DNA of 64,000 nucleotides from Piedraia hortae CBS 480.64 (Eukaryota). Numbering within the stretch: the first letter of the stretch is position 1; the number at the start of each line of letters is the position of its first letter. Shown in pieces: positions 24,861 to 35,102 of the stretch. The stretch spans positions 1-64,000 of the forward strand of contig MU005967.1 of NCBI GenBank assembly GCA_010093745.1, written 5' to 3'. The notes below the pieces were generated by a model. It had not been told where the DNA came from. It saw only the letters and a list, made by a program, of their open reading frames with translations, and did no database searches. The translations under genes were made by a program, and so were the position numbers.

Positions 24861-25064
24861 TGGGTGAGTTTTTGGGGTGAGGGTTTTGTTGGTAGCTTGG
24901 CTAGATGGGAAGGTGATGTTTTACCTTGAGTTAGCTAAGCTATTGGGTGGCTCAAACGCACAAAGGTCGCGTAGTTTTGATTGGTGGGTTCGGGCCGGTC
25001 CGCTGCTTGACATCAATTAACCAAGCTATCTCTCTGGCAAATAAACAGGAGTGGATAGTTGGGA

Positions 25065-27164
25065 ATGGCGATTAAGGCAGATCTCCAAGCTGCAAAGAGT
25101 GCGCTTGATGATTCAAAATATGAAGAGGCTGCCGCTGCCGCGCAGAGAGTCTTGACCGCCGACCCACAGAATTTCAACGGGCAGTTACTGTACGGGCGTG
25201 CGTGCGAGAAGCAGCGGGACTTCCAAGGTGCCGAAAGAGCTTACCGCGCCGCGGCCAAGGCTAAACCCCATGACCGCAACCCGTGGCTGGGGCTCTGTAG
25301 TGTTTACGAAGCCCTGGGGACGGATAAAATTGATGAATATCATGAAGCTACGCTAAAGGTAGCGGATATCCTGGCTGAAGCGGATGATAAACATCGCTGT
25401 CAGGTCGCTGTGGATAAGTTTGTGGCATTTGCGGAGCAGTTTGGCTCCAGAGAGCAGTATAGACATGCGCTGGGGATGCTGCTGCCGGACAGTTCGATCT
25501 ATGATTTTTTGCAGGGGAGGATACCGCATGCGTCTTCGACGTATATGAGGTTGGTGAAAATGATGGAGGAGGAGGAGGTGCAGAGGATTCGGAGGGAGAT
25601 CGCTGAGCGGAGGACACGGATAGGTGCTACGCTTAGCCAGGTTACGGTTGATGTGAAGAACGAGGTGCTTGGGAATAGTCCGTTGGAGGGATTGTATCAG
25701 AAAGTGATTGATTGGTCGCTTGATGATGGGGTGAGGAGGGAGTACGAGGAGAAGTTACTGCAGAGGGCGTATGATGTGCTTGCCGTTCTGCCCGTGAAGG
25801 AGAAGGCTGGCAAGCGGGAGCAAGTGTTGATGTTGGCGAGAGGAATGGTCATTATTCATCATGGATTCCGCCTCGCTTGGGACCTGGTCATTGAGTCAAA
25901 GGATCCGTATGATTTGCAAGAGTTTGATGTAAATGTCCTGCAGGAATACACCTCTCTTTTTCCGGATACAGGTCTCGCGAAGGTGTTGTCAGCATGGCTG
26001 AGCAGCGAGCGTTCGCCATTCCCGACATCGGACGAAGATGAGAATCCAATGAGTCTCGAGGTCCGGCTCGTACTGCTTGTTGAGGGCCTCTCCGAAGCAG
26101 GGCAGTCACCGCTCGCGCATCGCATCGTTTCCACATACTACCTACATATAGAAGAGTACGAAAGCGCAGCAGATACAGCCCGAACGGGCGTCAGATTAGC
26201 CACCGCAGAATCACACAAACTAGGCACATCCCTACAAAACACAAAAGACGCTCTAAATACCGTCCTCGCAACCGCACTTGTCCACCACCTCTCTCCCAAA
26301 TATCACACCGAAGCCCGCCAACTCTTCGAAGATATCCTGAAGCGGGACAACCGATCCTCACCCGCCCTCATGGGCCTAGGCCTCATCCTTGAAGAAACAG
26401 AAGACTACACGGACGCAATCACCTACTTCACGCGAGCCCTGGACCAAGACCCTGGGAACGAACGCATCGGAATCGAATTAGCCTGGTGTCGCGCCCTCTG
26501 TGGCGACTACCTCTCCGCCCGCGAAGAACTCGAAACCTACCTCTCCATCCTAGAACCCACAGACCGCGACCTCCGCGCCCTCGCCCTCTACCGCATCGGA
26601 ATCTGCATCTGGGAACTTGATCCCTCCAAACCAGCCCGCAAATCCCGCGACGGCGCATACAGCTATTTCCTCAATTCCATCCAAACGAACCGCAACTTTG
26701 CCCCCGCATACACCAGCCTAGGCTATTACTACGCCGACTACGCCAAAGACAAAAAGCGCGCTCCTCTCTGCTTCCAGAAAGCCTTTGAGCTCTCTTCCGC
26801 GGAAACAGATGCCGCGGAGCGATTAGCTAGGATTTTTGCGGATAAGGGTGAGTGGGATCTTGTAGAGGCTGTGGCACAGAGGGTTGTGGATTCTGGACGT
26901 GCGAGGCCTCCCCCTGGCTCGAAAAAGAAGGGGCTTAGTTGGCCGTTCTCTGCGCTGGGCGTTGTGCAGATGAATAGGCAGGAGTTTAGGGCTGCGATTC
27001 CGATGTTTCATACGGCATTGAGGATGAATCCGGGGGACTTCCATGCGTGTGTTGGCCTTGGGGAGAGTTATCATAATTGTGGGAGGTATGGGGCTGCGTT
27101 GAAGGCGTTGGGTTTTGCGTTGGAGGGCGTTGGGGGTGGGGGTGGGGGTGGGGAAATTTTGTGA
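25065..27164 (+). CDS. SKI3: Superkiller protein 3, N-terminal half (TPR repeats), 699 aa
   Basis: TPRs; EIAERRTRIGA, APAYTSLGYYYADY..CFQKAFEL, RPPPGSKKKGLSWPFSALG, GLGESYHNCGRY; ends GGGGGGGEIL then TGA TGA. Confidence 0.88.
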   Translation: MAIKADLQAAKSALDDSKYEEAAAAAQRVLTADPQNFNGQLLYGRACEKQRDFQGAERAYRAAAKAKPHDRNPWLGLCSVYEALGTDKIDEYHEATLKVADILAEADDKHRCQVAVDKFVAFAEQFGSREQYRHALGMLLPDSSIYDFLQGRIPHASSTYMRLVKMMEEEEVQRIRREIAERRTRIGATLSQVTVDVKNEVLGNSPLEGLYQKVIDWSLDDGVRREYEEKLLQRAYDVLAVLPVKEKAGKREQVLMLARGMVIIHHGFRLAWDLVIESKDPYDLQEFDVNVLQEYTSLFPDTGLAKVLSAWLSSERSPFPTSDEDENPMSLEVRLVLLVEGLSEAGQSPLAHRIVSTYYLHIEEYESAADTARTGVRLATAESHKLGTSLQNTKDALNTVLATALVHHLSPKYHTEARQLFEDILKRDNRSSPALMGLGLILEETEDYTDAITYFTRALDQDPGNERIGIELAWCRALCGDYLSAREELETYLSILEPTDRDLRALALYRIGICIWELDPSKPARKSRDGAYSYFLNSIQTNRNFAPAYTSLGYYYADYAKDKKRAPLCFQKAFELSSAETDAAERLARIFADKGEWDLVEAVAQRVVDSGRARPPPGSKKKGLSWPFSALGVVQMNRQEFRAAIPMFHTALRMNPGDFHACVGLGESYHNCGRYGAALKALGFALEGVGGGGGGGEIL
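27131..27153 (+). repeat. (GGGGGT)n tract, G-quadruplex-capable; complementary to 35047-35068
   Basis: tgggggtgggggtgggggtgggg seen directly. Confidence 0.85.
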
Positions 27165-27896
27165 TGAAGGTGAGGTCTGTGGGGTTGGGCGTTTTTTTTC
27201 TTGGAGTGGAGGGCTTTGCTGATATGCGAATGTTCTTTGAGAAAGGGAACTTTCGATAGGGTTAGAGATGTTTGGTGGTGGTGCAGGGGCAAAAGGGGAG
27301 CAGTGGAGCGCGAGGTTTTTTGCTATCTAGCAAGGGGTAAACTTGAACTCAAGTGGTTCATGTCCCGGAATCGAAAGCATTTCTGCAAGGTGTCGGCGGA
27401 ATTTCCCCCCAAACAGTGACATTCAATCAGAAGCAAACATTCTGCTATACGCGTCTACTCAGCAGACAACGACATACCTTTCCCATCGATCGACCATCTG
27501 TGTTGTTGAGAAGTATCAGTGCCATACCTCGGCCTGATAACAAAGACTATACCAAGAAAAATTCTGTATAGCAAAATGCTCAAAGAGCATAATAAAGAGG
27601 ACAGTGGGGCGATGGAGTGATATTTGGAAACTGTCTGAAGAAAGAAGCTACTTGTATATAAGCTCGCTGCTGAACATCAGAAAACATAACTTTGTTAAAA
27701 TTCAATCTTCAGAACGATTACGCTACGCAACAACTAACTTCCAACAATCTGTACACCATCGCACGTCCTCACGCATAGCAATCCCAGCTACGACGTCATC
27801 TCTTCATACAGTTACATGTACTTATTCATCCCCACCCTCATCCAGCTCCATATCCTTGCCCTCCTCCCGTCCCTCATCTCCATTCTCATCTCCACC

Positions 27897-28973
27897 CTAC
27901 TCTCCACTCTCCTGCTCATCCGACACATCTGACCCACTCAAATCGCTCACAAACTCTTCCGAAACTTTCTCATCTTCACCACCATCCTCATTATCGAGCC
28001 TAATCGGGAAATACACCCACCACCTCGTCTTCCCCCTTATCTCCCCTTGTCCCAGTTCCTCCCGATTCACCCACTCCGCCCTCGGCAGCCCCGTCGACTT
28101 GAAAACAGGTGGCTCCCAAACCGCCGGCTGAAGCTTCTTCAGCGTACCCTTCTTCACCCGCTCGAGCGTAGCAGACGAGTACTTGGTATGTTTTGGCCCC
28201 ACGAGCTCACCCAGCGGAATGCGCTCTTCGCGCGAAAGGATTTGACGTAGGGGCGCGTATTTGCCCCATGTGGGCTCCATGTTAGGACACCGGGAGAGGA
28301 CCTGTGGAGCTGGAGGTTCTAGTGGGCGAGCGACTGGGTCTCCGAGAACCGTCAGTGGGTCCGCAAAAATAATCGGTGGCTCTTCAGGCAGGGCAGGTGG
28401 ATCCTCGGGCTCGGCTTGCGGCATCTCAAACATCGCCTCTAGGTCTTCGGGACGAGCGGGCATTTCAGGGGAGAGGGCCGTGTCCTCGGCGGTTGTAGTC
28501 GTTGTCGTCTCCGCTGGCTGGACATCCACATTACCCCGAAGCTGAACACTCCGGTTCACATCTCGATCATCATTCCCCAGTGAATGAACCTGATTCGTAT
28601 TTTCCGCCGAGCGAAATGCATCCTCCCAATCCCAATCCAACTCCGGAATTTCGTGCCCTTCTTGCAGATCACTCACGAGTTGTTCATTATGGAACTCGTA
28701 CCCTCGTCCGAGCTGGAAGGTGTGGTCGGTGTCCGGGATGATATTGTCGGGATGGTACCCCAATCGGGTGAGTTCCCTGAGGTCTTGTTCGAATTTCTTG
28801 GTGATGACGGGGGCCATGTCGTCGCTAAAGGTATGTTCGATTTGAAGAGGGTCCCTGGTGACGTTCTCTTGGTTGTTATCACAGAACATGAGGCGCTGGA
28901 TTATGTCGAGGACATAACGCGCAGTTTCCATTTGCGTGGGATCTTGGTTGGAGTGGTTGGTTGGTTGGGGCAT
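27897..28973 (-). CDS. Orphan protein, paralog A (acidic tail)
   Basis: Long ORF; start set at MPQPTN by alignment with paralog B; shared RIPLGELVGP domain. Confidence 0.7.
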   Translation of the reverse strand: MPQPTNHSNQDPTQMETARYVLDIIQRLMFCDNNQENVTRDPLQIEHTFSDDMAPVITKKFEQDLRELTRLGYHPDNIIPDTDHTFQLGRGYEFHNEQLVSDLQEGHEIPELDWDWEDAFRSAENTNQVHSLGNDDRDVNRSVQLRGNVDVQPAETTTTTTAEDTALSPEMPARPEDLEAMFEMPQAEPEDPPALPEEPPIIFADPLTVLGDPVARPLEPPAPQVLSRCPNMEPTWGKYAPLRQILSREERIPLGELVGPKHTKYSSATLERVKKGTLKKLQPAVWEPPVFKSTGLPRAEWVNREELGQGEIRGKTRWWVYFPIRLDNEDGGEDEKVSEEFVSDLSGSDVSDEQESGE

Positions 28974-29413
28974 TTTGTGTGGAAAATTGTGTGTGGAGGG
29001 TTTGTGTTTGTTGAGGTTGGGAGGGAGAATGAGGGAGGGGGGGTGAGGCATGGCAAAGTAAAGTTGGGATGGAGTTTTCTTGGGAGAGATTCTTGAGTTA
29101 TGGAAGTTTACTTGGGGGAAGTTGACTTTGGGTGAAGAAATTTCATTCATCTTGTTTACGGGATCTGTGTTGGATGCAGGGCCCTGGTGGCAACTGATAG
29201 TTGTGAATACAAGGCGAGTGTGTGCCCCTTTAGCCTGCGCTCACCGTAGCCGTATATGTGTATAAGCAGTATTTCTTTCGTCGTGGGTATGATATTACGG
29301 TATTTGAAATGGGACTGTCGATGGAGAGTTACAAGATGTCCATGGACCATATGATAACAGTTCAAGAACCGCATAGAATAAGGCTCTTACCGACACCACT
29401 CCACATCCCACAA

Positions 29414-30409
29414 TCACTCCTGGACCCCCTCCTCCAGCTCTTCCTCCTCCGTTTCATCAGTCTCACTCGTATCCACATCCTCCCCCTCCTTGTCAACATA
29501 ATCCTCATCCTCCCCTTCCAATTCCACTTCACTCGCAAAATGAAACCTCCACCACTCATCATTCTCCGGCTTTTGGTCCTTCGGTCCCATTCCATACGTC
29601 TCCGGTCTCGGAACAGTCAGAACCGCCGATCCCCAAACCGCCGGACCCAGCTTCATCATCGACTCTCTTTGCACACGCAAAAGTGTCTCAGACGAATAGT
29701 TGGAATAAGACGGTCCCACCAGCTCGCCCAGGGGGATTCTCTTCTGCCGTGGGAGAATGGAGCGTAGATGTGCGTATGCGCCCCAATAGGGCTCTACATT
29801 GGACAGCAGAGTTGCATCGGTAGAAGCATCGGTGGAAAGGGTGGAGGTGGTTGGGGTGTTCGGAGGGATGTTTTCCGGCGGAGCCTGGGGAGTACTGGGA
29901 GGTGCGGCAGCGGTGGTATCCGCAGTACTCTCGGGCTGCACATCCGGCCTTACATCCTGTGCGGTTTCGGCAGCTGCGGTGGGAACACCCTCGGCACTCC
30001 CACGCTGCACGTCCGGCCCGATGCCCAGTGTGGTTCCTGTACCCTGGAAAGTTATCTGAAAGTCTTGATGAAACTCGGGATCAATGTAAGCCTGGAAAAG
30101 ACAACGGACGAAATCCGCATTTGCGATTTCCCGACCGCCGTACAGCTGGAAGGTTGCATCTTGGCCCGGACGGAAAGAGTTTGGATAGAAGCCCATCACT
30201 AGGTGGCGAGGAAGAGTTGCCTCAAGATCCAGAGAGACAATCTCCTCCAGGTCCGCTGTGGATTCCCCTAGCGCCAAGCTTACGGGGTTGGGAGGAACGT
30301 TCTCCTGATCGTCATCATCGAGTGCGTCCCGCTGGAAGAGTTCAAGCACATAGCGAGAGGGTTCCATTTGGGTCGGGTGTTGGGGGTTGGGGTTGTTTGG
30401 TTGTGGCAT
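29414..30409 (-). CDS. Orphan protein, paralog B, 331 aa
   Basis: MPQPNN..PTQME..RYVL..QENV and EP.WG.YA.LR.IL....RIPLGELVGP shared with paralog A. Confidence 0.72.
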   Translation of the reverse strand: MPQPNNPNPQHPTQMEPSRYVLELFQRDALDDDDQENVPPNPVSLALGESTADLEEIVSLDLEATLPRHLVMGFYPNSFRPGQDATFQLYGGREIANADFVRCLFQAYIDPEFHQDFQITFQGTGTTLGIGPDVQRGSAEGVPTAAAETAQDVRPDVQPESTADTTAAAPPSTPQAPPENIPPNTPTTSTLSTDASTDATLLSNVEPYWGAYAHLRSILPRQKRIPLGELVGPSYSNYSSETLLRVQRESMMKLGPAVWGSAVLTVPRPETYGMGPKDQKPENDEWWRFHFASEVELEGEDEDYVDKEGEDVDTSETDETEEEELEEGVQE

Positions 30410-30876
30410 GGTTTCTGTCTCTCTGTCTGATGTGGAGTTTGCGTGGGAATGGGTTTATTGTTGAGAGGGAAGGAGAATTGAGAAAATGGAGAGCATGTCA
30501 GGGTGCAGTTGGCATCATTTTCTCGTGAGAGAGATTTCAGGTCGGGGTTCTTCACCCGGGGGGTCACACTGGGTGAAGTAATTTTATCTCACGATTTCAT
30601 GGTCTGGGTTTATGTTGACTACAGGGGGGAACAACTAAAGGCGTTTGCGGAACTGTGTTGGCGAGAATTTGTGGAGCGATTTGTTGGGGGGATTTTCGTC
30701 TGGGGAGATAGGGGTTGGCCTTGGCGGGATGTGGGGCTGGATGCACGCTATAAGGTTATGACTTCTCTTGCGCTCACCTTTCGCTTACCTCGTCAGCAAG
30801 TATACCAAACATCTAATGAACTGAAACTCAATACCTGTTTAATATATCATCACGTCAAACTACCAACGCCTACAGA

Positions 30877-31641
30877 CTAGTCCACATCAGGCCCATTCCC
30901 AGCTTCTTCATTCTCCTTTGCCCGTTGCAAAATCCTATCCAGACGCGCCTGATTGAGTTCTCGCTGCGACCACGGTGGAGCTCTCTCCTGCTCGCCTACG
31001 GTGCTTACTGCTGGCGGGGCAGGCTGCGGGGCGGCCTGTTCTTGCGGAGCAGGGCGAGGTTCTTGAGTCGGACCAGCCTCTTGCGGCTTGGGACGGTGAG
31101 CTAGAGGCTTAGACTCTGCCGGAGGCGCTGGACGATCCTCTTGCTCTATTGGACGAGTAGCTTGAGGGGCCGAACGGCCCTTCTCTTGAGCCTTAGGACG
31201 AGACTCTTCGGCTGTCCATTGACTTTCCTGTGGAGGAGGGTGGTTGGGAACCACCGGTCTCGCTGGTCTCTCGAGCCTAGCCTGACGTTCTTTGATCCTG
31301 CTCATACCCTGAGAAGTAGACTGAGCTTCTGTCGTTCGAGCACCCTGAAGAATCCTATCTAGACGAGCTTGGGCCCTTTCTCCATGCGTTGGCGAAGACG
31401 GGTTCTCATCCCTGACTCTATCCATTGCCTCTAAAATTCTTTGCCCTGGGCGGGAAGTCTCCGGAGGGAGGCGTTTGAATGCAATAGGCCTGATCGGCCT
31501 CCTCTCCATCCTCTCCTGAGCAACCTCAATCCGGCTTGGGGGAGCATCTTGATCATTGTTCATCGTGGGCCTATGAGATGATGACCCTTCTCGTTGCTTA
31601 TGCGGAGAAGACTTCTCTTTATGTTTGCAAGACGCCGCCAC
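30877..31641 (-). CDS. Orphan low-complexity protein with repeated QARLDRILQ motif
   Basis: 254-codon ORF with internal motif repeats (QARLDRILQ x2, RQARLER). Confidence 0.55.
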   Translation of the reverse strand: MAASCKHKEKSSPHKQREGSSSHRPTMNNDQDAPPSRIEVAQERMERRPIRPIAFKRLPPETSRPGQRILEAMDRVRDENPSSPTHGERAQARLDRILQGARTTEAQSTSQGMSRIKERQARLERPARPVVPNHPPPQESQWTAEESRPKAQEKGRSAPQATRPIEQEDRPAPPAESKPLAHRPKPQEAGPTQEPRPAPQEQAAPQPAPPAVSTVGEQERAPPWSQRELNQARLDRILQRAKENEEAGNGPDVD

Positions 31642-32753
31642 CGTGGGTGTTGGTTTGAAGATGTTGACCTTAGCTCTACCTCAGGTGGCAGTTCCCGCGG
31701 CACAATCCCCCGTTCCCTCCTCAACCTCGCAATATCGCTGGCAGATACGTCTTGACTGGCATCTCGTACAGATGACTGCTACCTCGCTGCCCAGCGCGTG
31801 TGAGTCGCCGTCACAACCCTGTCAATACGGTCATTCATCTCACGAGACAGAGTGGGGTCGCCAATGTGTTGGCTGTTGAGGCTTCCGTGCATCTCGCCTG
31901 CGGCACAGCGAAGGCGGGATTCAGCCAGGCATTGCGCATATGTAGGTGTAAGGCCACCATTTACTGTTAGTTCGCGGCCACTCTGCTGCGAGGACCAGCT
32001 TTTGATTTCTGCCGATTTGCCCATTCTTCCCTACTGTTTGGTTTCTGATTTGAGGTTTGTGGGCCCATTTAGGCTGGTTTATACGGGTATATGAGTGCGG
32101 GAACATGAACACAGTGCATATTGGAAGTTTCGAATGAATCCTACTTTTTGTGTCCGACAAGGGATACAGCGGGACAGTCTTAGGTGAATACAGACGTCGA
32201 CCAGCAGGTCGGTGCCACCTTTCCATGCAACTGTCACTGTCAAGAGGCTCAAAATGTATCGGGCATCAATAAAGCAATTCAGTGAGGGATATCTTAATGC
32301 TCACTCTTAGTTGACCTCCTCACATCACAAATCGTTGCTAATATCTTGTTCTGGATGTAAGAAAATCATGAGAGCAAATCAACATATAAAGACGGAAATA
32401 TGCAGACGGGAGAAGCAAACATTCGCAAGTCTTCTTTTGTTCTATCCATCAAGACGAAGCACGTGAATTTTCATGTACAAACCGCTGGAGGGATCCTCGG
32501 CATGTACCCGGGAATGCCTGTCCGAAGAACAGACTAGCCACAATGACCACAGAACTGGGTGAAAGAAGGCGCAGAAAGATGTGAATAGATCTTTGTCCTC
32601 ATTCAAAGCAGCCTGCCAGATTAGGATATACCTGCCATATAGATCACAATAGAAGCGAAACTCCTCTTTAACGCCAAGTGAAGACTAATCTTCTCCAGAC
32701 ATTTTATACACATGTACAGAAAAAACCACCACCTATCAACAGTCTCATCGAAC

Positions 32754-33482
32754 TTAGTCAACATCCAAACTCAAATCTTCCGAATTCTCCGCTTCTGGCC
32801 GTGCTCTTATGAGAGCCGGGTCCCTCGGCCTGTGTCCTCCCGACGCATACCAAGCATCCTCGCCTCCTGAAGTTCGCGGCGGAACTGATGCTGACCGTCC
32901 ACTTCTTCGAGATGACGACAGTGGTGGGAATCCTGTCGGTGGTCGCATAGACGGAGGTGTTTGTGATCCACCAAATCCCGACTGTGAGCCCAAGCCCCTT
33001 GAAGCGTCAACTCCACGAGGCATGCCCGGGCGAATGTTCTGTATAAGTTGGTTCGTCATGGACCCGCCAATTCCTCCAGCACCAGCACTTCTATAGATAC
33101 TTTCTCCAAAATTTCCACCAGAACCTCTTCCAAGACCGTAACCTGGAATCCAGAATAGAGAGTGACCCAATTGTCGCAGCGTCCTAACAGTCCAGTCCAG
33201 CTCCTCAGCAAATACCTTGCGAACGGATGGGTCAAATGCAGGAAACCGAGCGGCCTCTTGGACTTTCGGCAAGTAAAAAGTCAGCACATCCTCGTGGAGG
33301 CCATCCATCCAAGTGCGACTCCTGAGGGTTTCTGAGCCAAGGTGGAAAGGTGAGTGGGGATGAAGCTTGTTATACTGTCTGATAGCGTGTCGGCGGGCTC
33401 GAACTACTTGTTTGGGAATTTCATGCGGACAGTCGCTCCGGGGAACCCATGTGTTGTATATCTCGTGTTGACTTCGTGACAT
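32754..33482 (-). CDS. Orphan protein, 242 aa (globular-looking N-half, Gly/Ser/Pro/Arg tail)
   Basis: ATG-initiated ORF with protein-like composition; no family recognised. Confidence 0.55.
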   Translation of the reverse strand: MSRSQHEIYNTWVPRSDCPHEIPKQVVRARRHAIRQYNKLHPHSPFHLGSETLRSRTWMDGLHEDVLTFYLPKVQEAARFPAFDPSVRKVFAEELDWTVRTLRQLGHSLFWIPGYGLGRGSGGNFGESIYRSAGAGGIGGSMTNQLIQNIRPGMPRGVDASRGLGSQSGFGGSQTPPSMRPPTGFPPLSSSRRSGRSASVPPRTSGGEDAWYASGGHRPRDPALIRARPEAENSEDLSLDVD

Positions 33483-35046
33483 CTTGCTTACACGCGGTGT
33501 TCTATAATTTTCAGGATCAGGATTTGGAGTCTAATAAAAGGTGGGGGGGAGGGGGATGGTGAAGCAGCAGCAGTGTGAGGAAGGGCAAGGTGGGTGAATG
33601 GCACAAGCGTGTTCACTGTTCCGAGCTTGTGATGTGTGTAAATTGATTTGAGCATTCGTGCATGATCTTCGTGACATGACTACATCCCACCAGCTCTCTC
33701 GATTAGGTGCATATGTCGATCAGCATGCTTGAGTGTAGCCGTGTAAGGCTCAATGCATGGCAGAAGACCTTGTACTCTCGTGGAAGAAGTATTAGAAAAT
33801 CATCAATAAACAAGGACCGTTTGTGCTTGTGTTCACCGCCATGAAACACTCTGTCAAAAACTGCTGATGTATGGTGTTCTTTGAAGCAAGAGGATGCTTG
33901 GCACGCCTCGACATGATATTCCGTGCTTCATAATCCATCTGGTGATCCGTGGTACCATCACCACCTGGGATATAGAGACTTACACTGGGGGATTGGCTAT
34001 AGATTCGAGAAACCGTACGTCGGAATTGCCAATTCTTACATATGGGCAATCAGCTACTTGGGAATTGAACAAGCCATGGAAATTTCATAGCTGTTGCATT
34101 GTACCACCCAGCAAGCCCGGTTAGAACGTGACCTTGCAGTTCAGTCGCAAAAGTCATATTTAGTGGTCAAATGCCAGATGTACCAGCGAAAGACATCCAG
34201 ATGTCATCACCGCAAGTCATCAATCTCACGAAGACCGCTTTACTTCTAGTTTGAGAAAGGCGACCTTCCCACTTGGGACATGATTGTGCTCCGCAGCGGG
34301 GTAAGCTAGCGGAATTACGTGCGCCAAGCCCAATGCATGCGACGGCACATTTCGCTTAAAAGGGCGGAAGCAACTTTAGGAGGCCAAGGGCTTCCATCTT
34401 TGTCGATAAGGCCTCGAGGAAGCGGTTCCCAACATATGAGGGGCAAGATTTGGAGGCGGATGGGCCGCCGCGGCAAGGGACCGCAGAATCGGGAGCTTAC
34501 CAAGATCTTCCCCCGATCGTGACGGCCATGGTCGACCGCGATGGTGCAGCTCTGGCCGCCTCTGCCAAGTCCAAGCCTGTTGCTGAAGATCTGAAACATC
34601 TGCTGTCACATTCTGCCCGTTCTTCTCTCACGTTTGATTCTCTGGCGCCATCTTCCAACCGCGATCAGTGTGACCTTACCTCATCTGACATCGAGTTTGA
34701 GGCAAATACCGAGACTTTAGAGAACTTGAAAGAAAGGGCCAGTCTAAGTCACGAACTTTTCGACGAGGTTGTACGGCCGATGATGGACTGTTTCGTCATG
34801 GAGAATGGGTACTGCCATAGGGATCCACATAGCACACAACCTGATCCATTCTCAACATGTTATGCAGCTATGTAACTCACACACCTGTATGCGTAGTCTG
34901 CGCAGAGCTAGCGATTCATTGTAGTATCACTTCCCAATCAATCCCAATACCGACCGACATCTGCCTTAAACAGTTCTCCAAGAACACAGAACAACCGAGA
35001 ACTTTGCCAAGATGACGGGACATTACAGGCGCAGTGGGGCAGCAAA

Positions 35047-35073
35047 CCCACCCCCACCCCCACCCCCACCCCA
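35047..35073 (+). repeat. (ACCCCC)n tract just upstream of the SKI3 C-half
   Basis: cccacccccacccccacccccacccca seen directly. Confidence 0.85.
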
Positions 35074-35102
35074 CCACATCAATCGCAAACAACCAACCAA
35101 CA

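Noticed and set aside
27086..27091. Strong GTATGG donor as the SKI3 joining site
   Set aside because: Phase 2; the nearby acceptors at 35028, 35034, 35042 and ~35133 are phase 1 or 0, so the join would frameshift
27164..35030. SKI3 island as a classical DNA transposon
   Set aside because: No transposase, integrase or recombinase motifs; no complex terminal inverted repeats or target duplication seen
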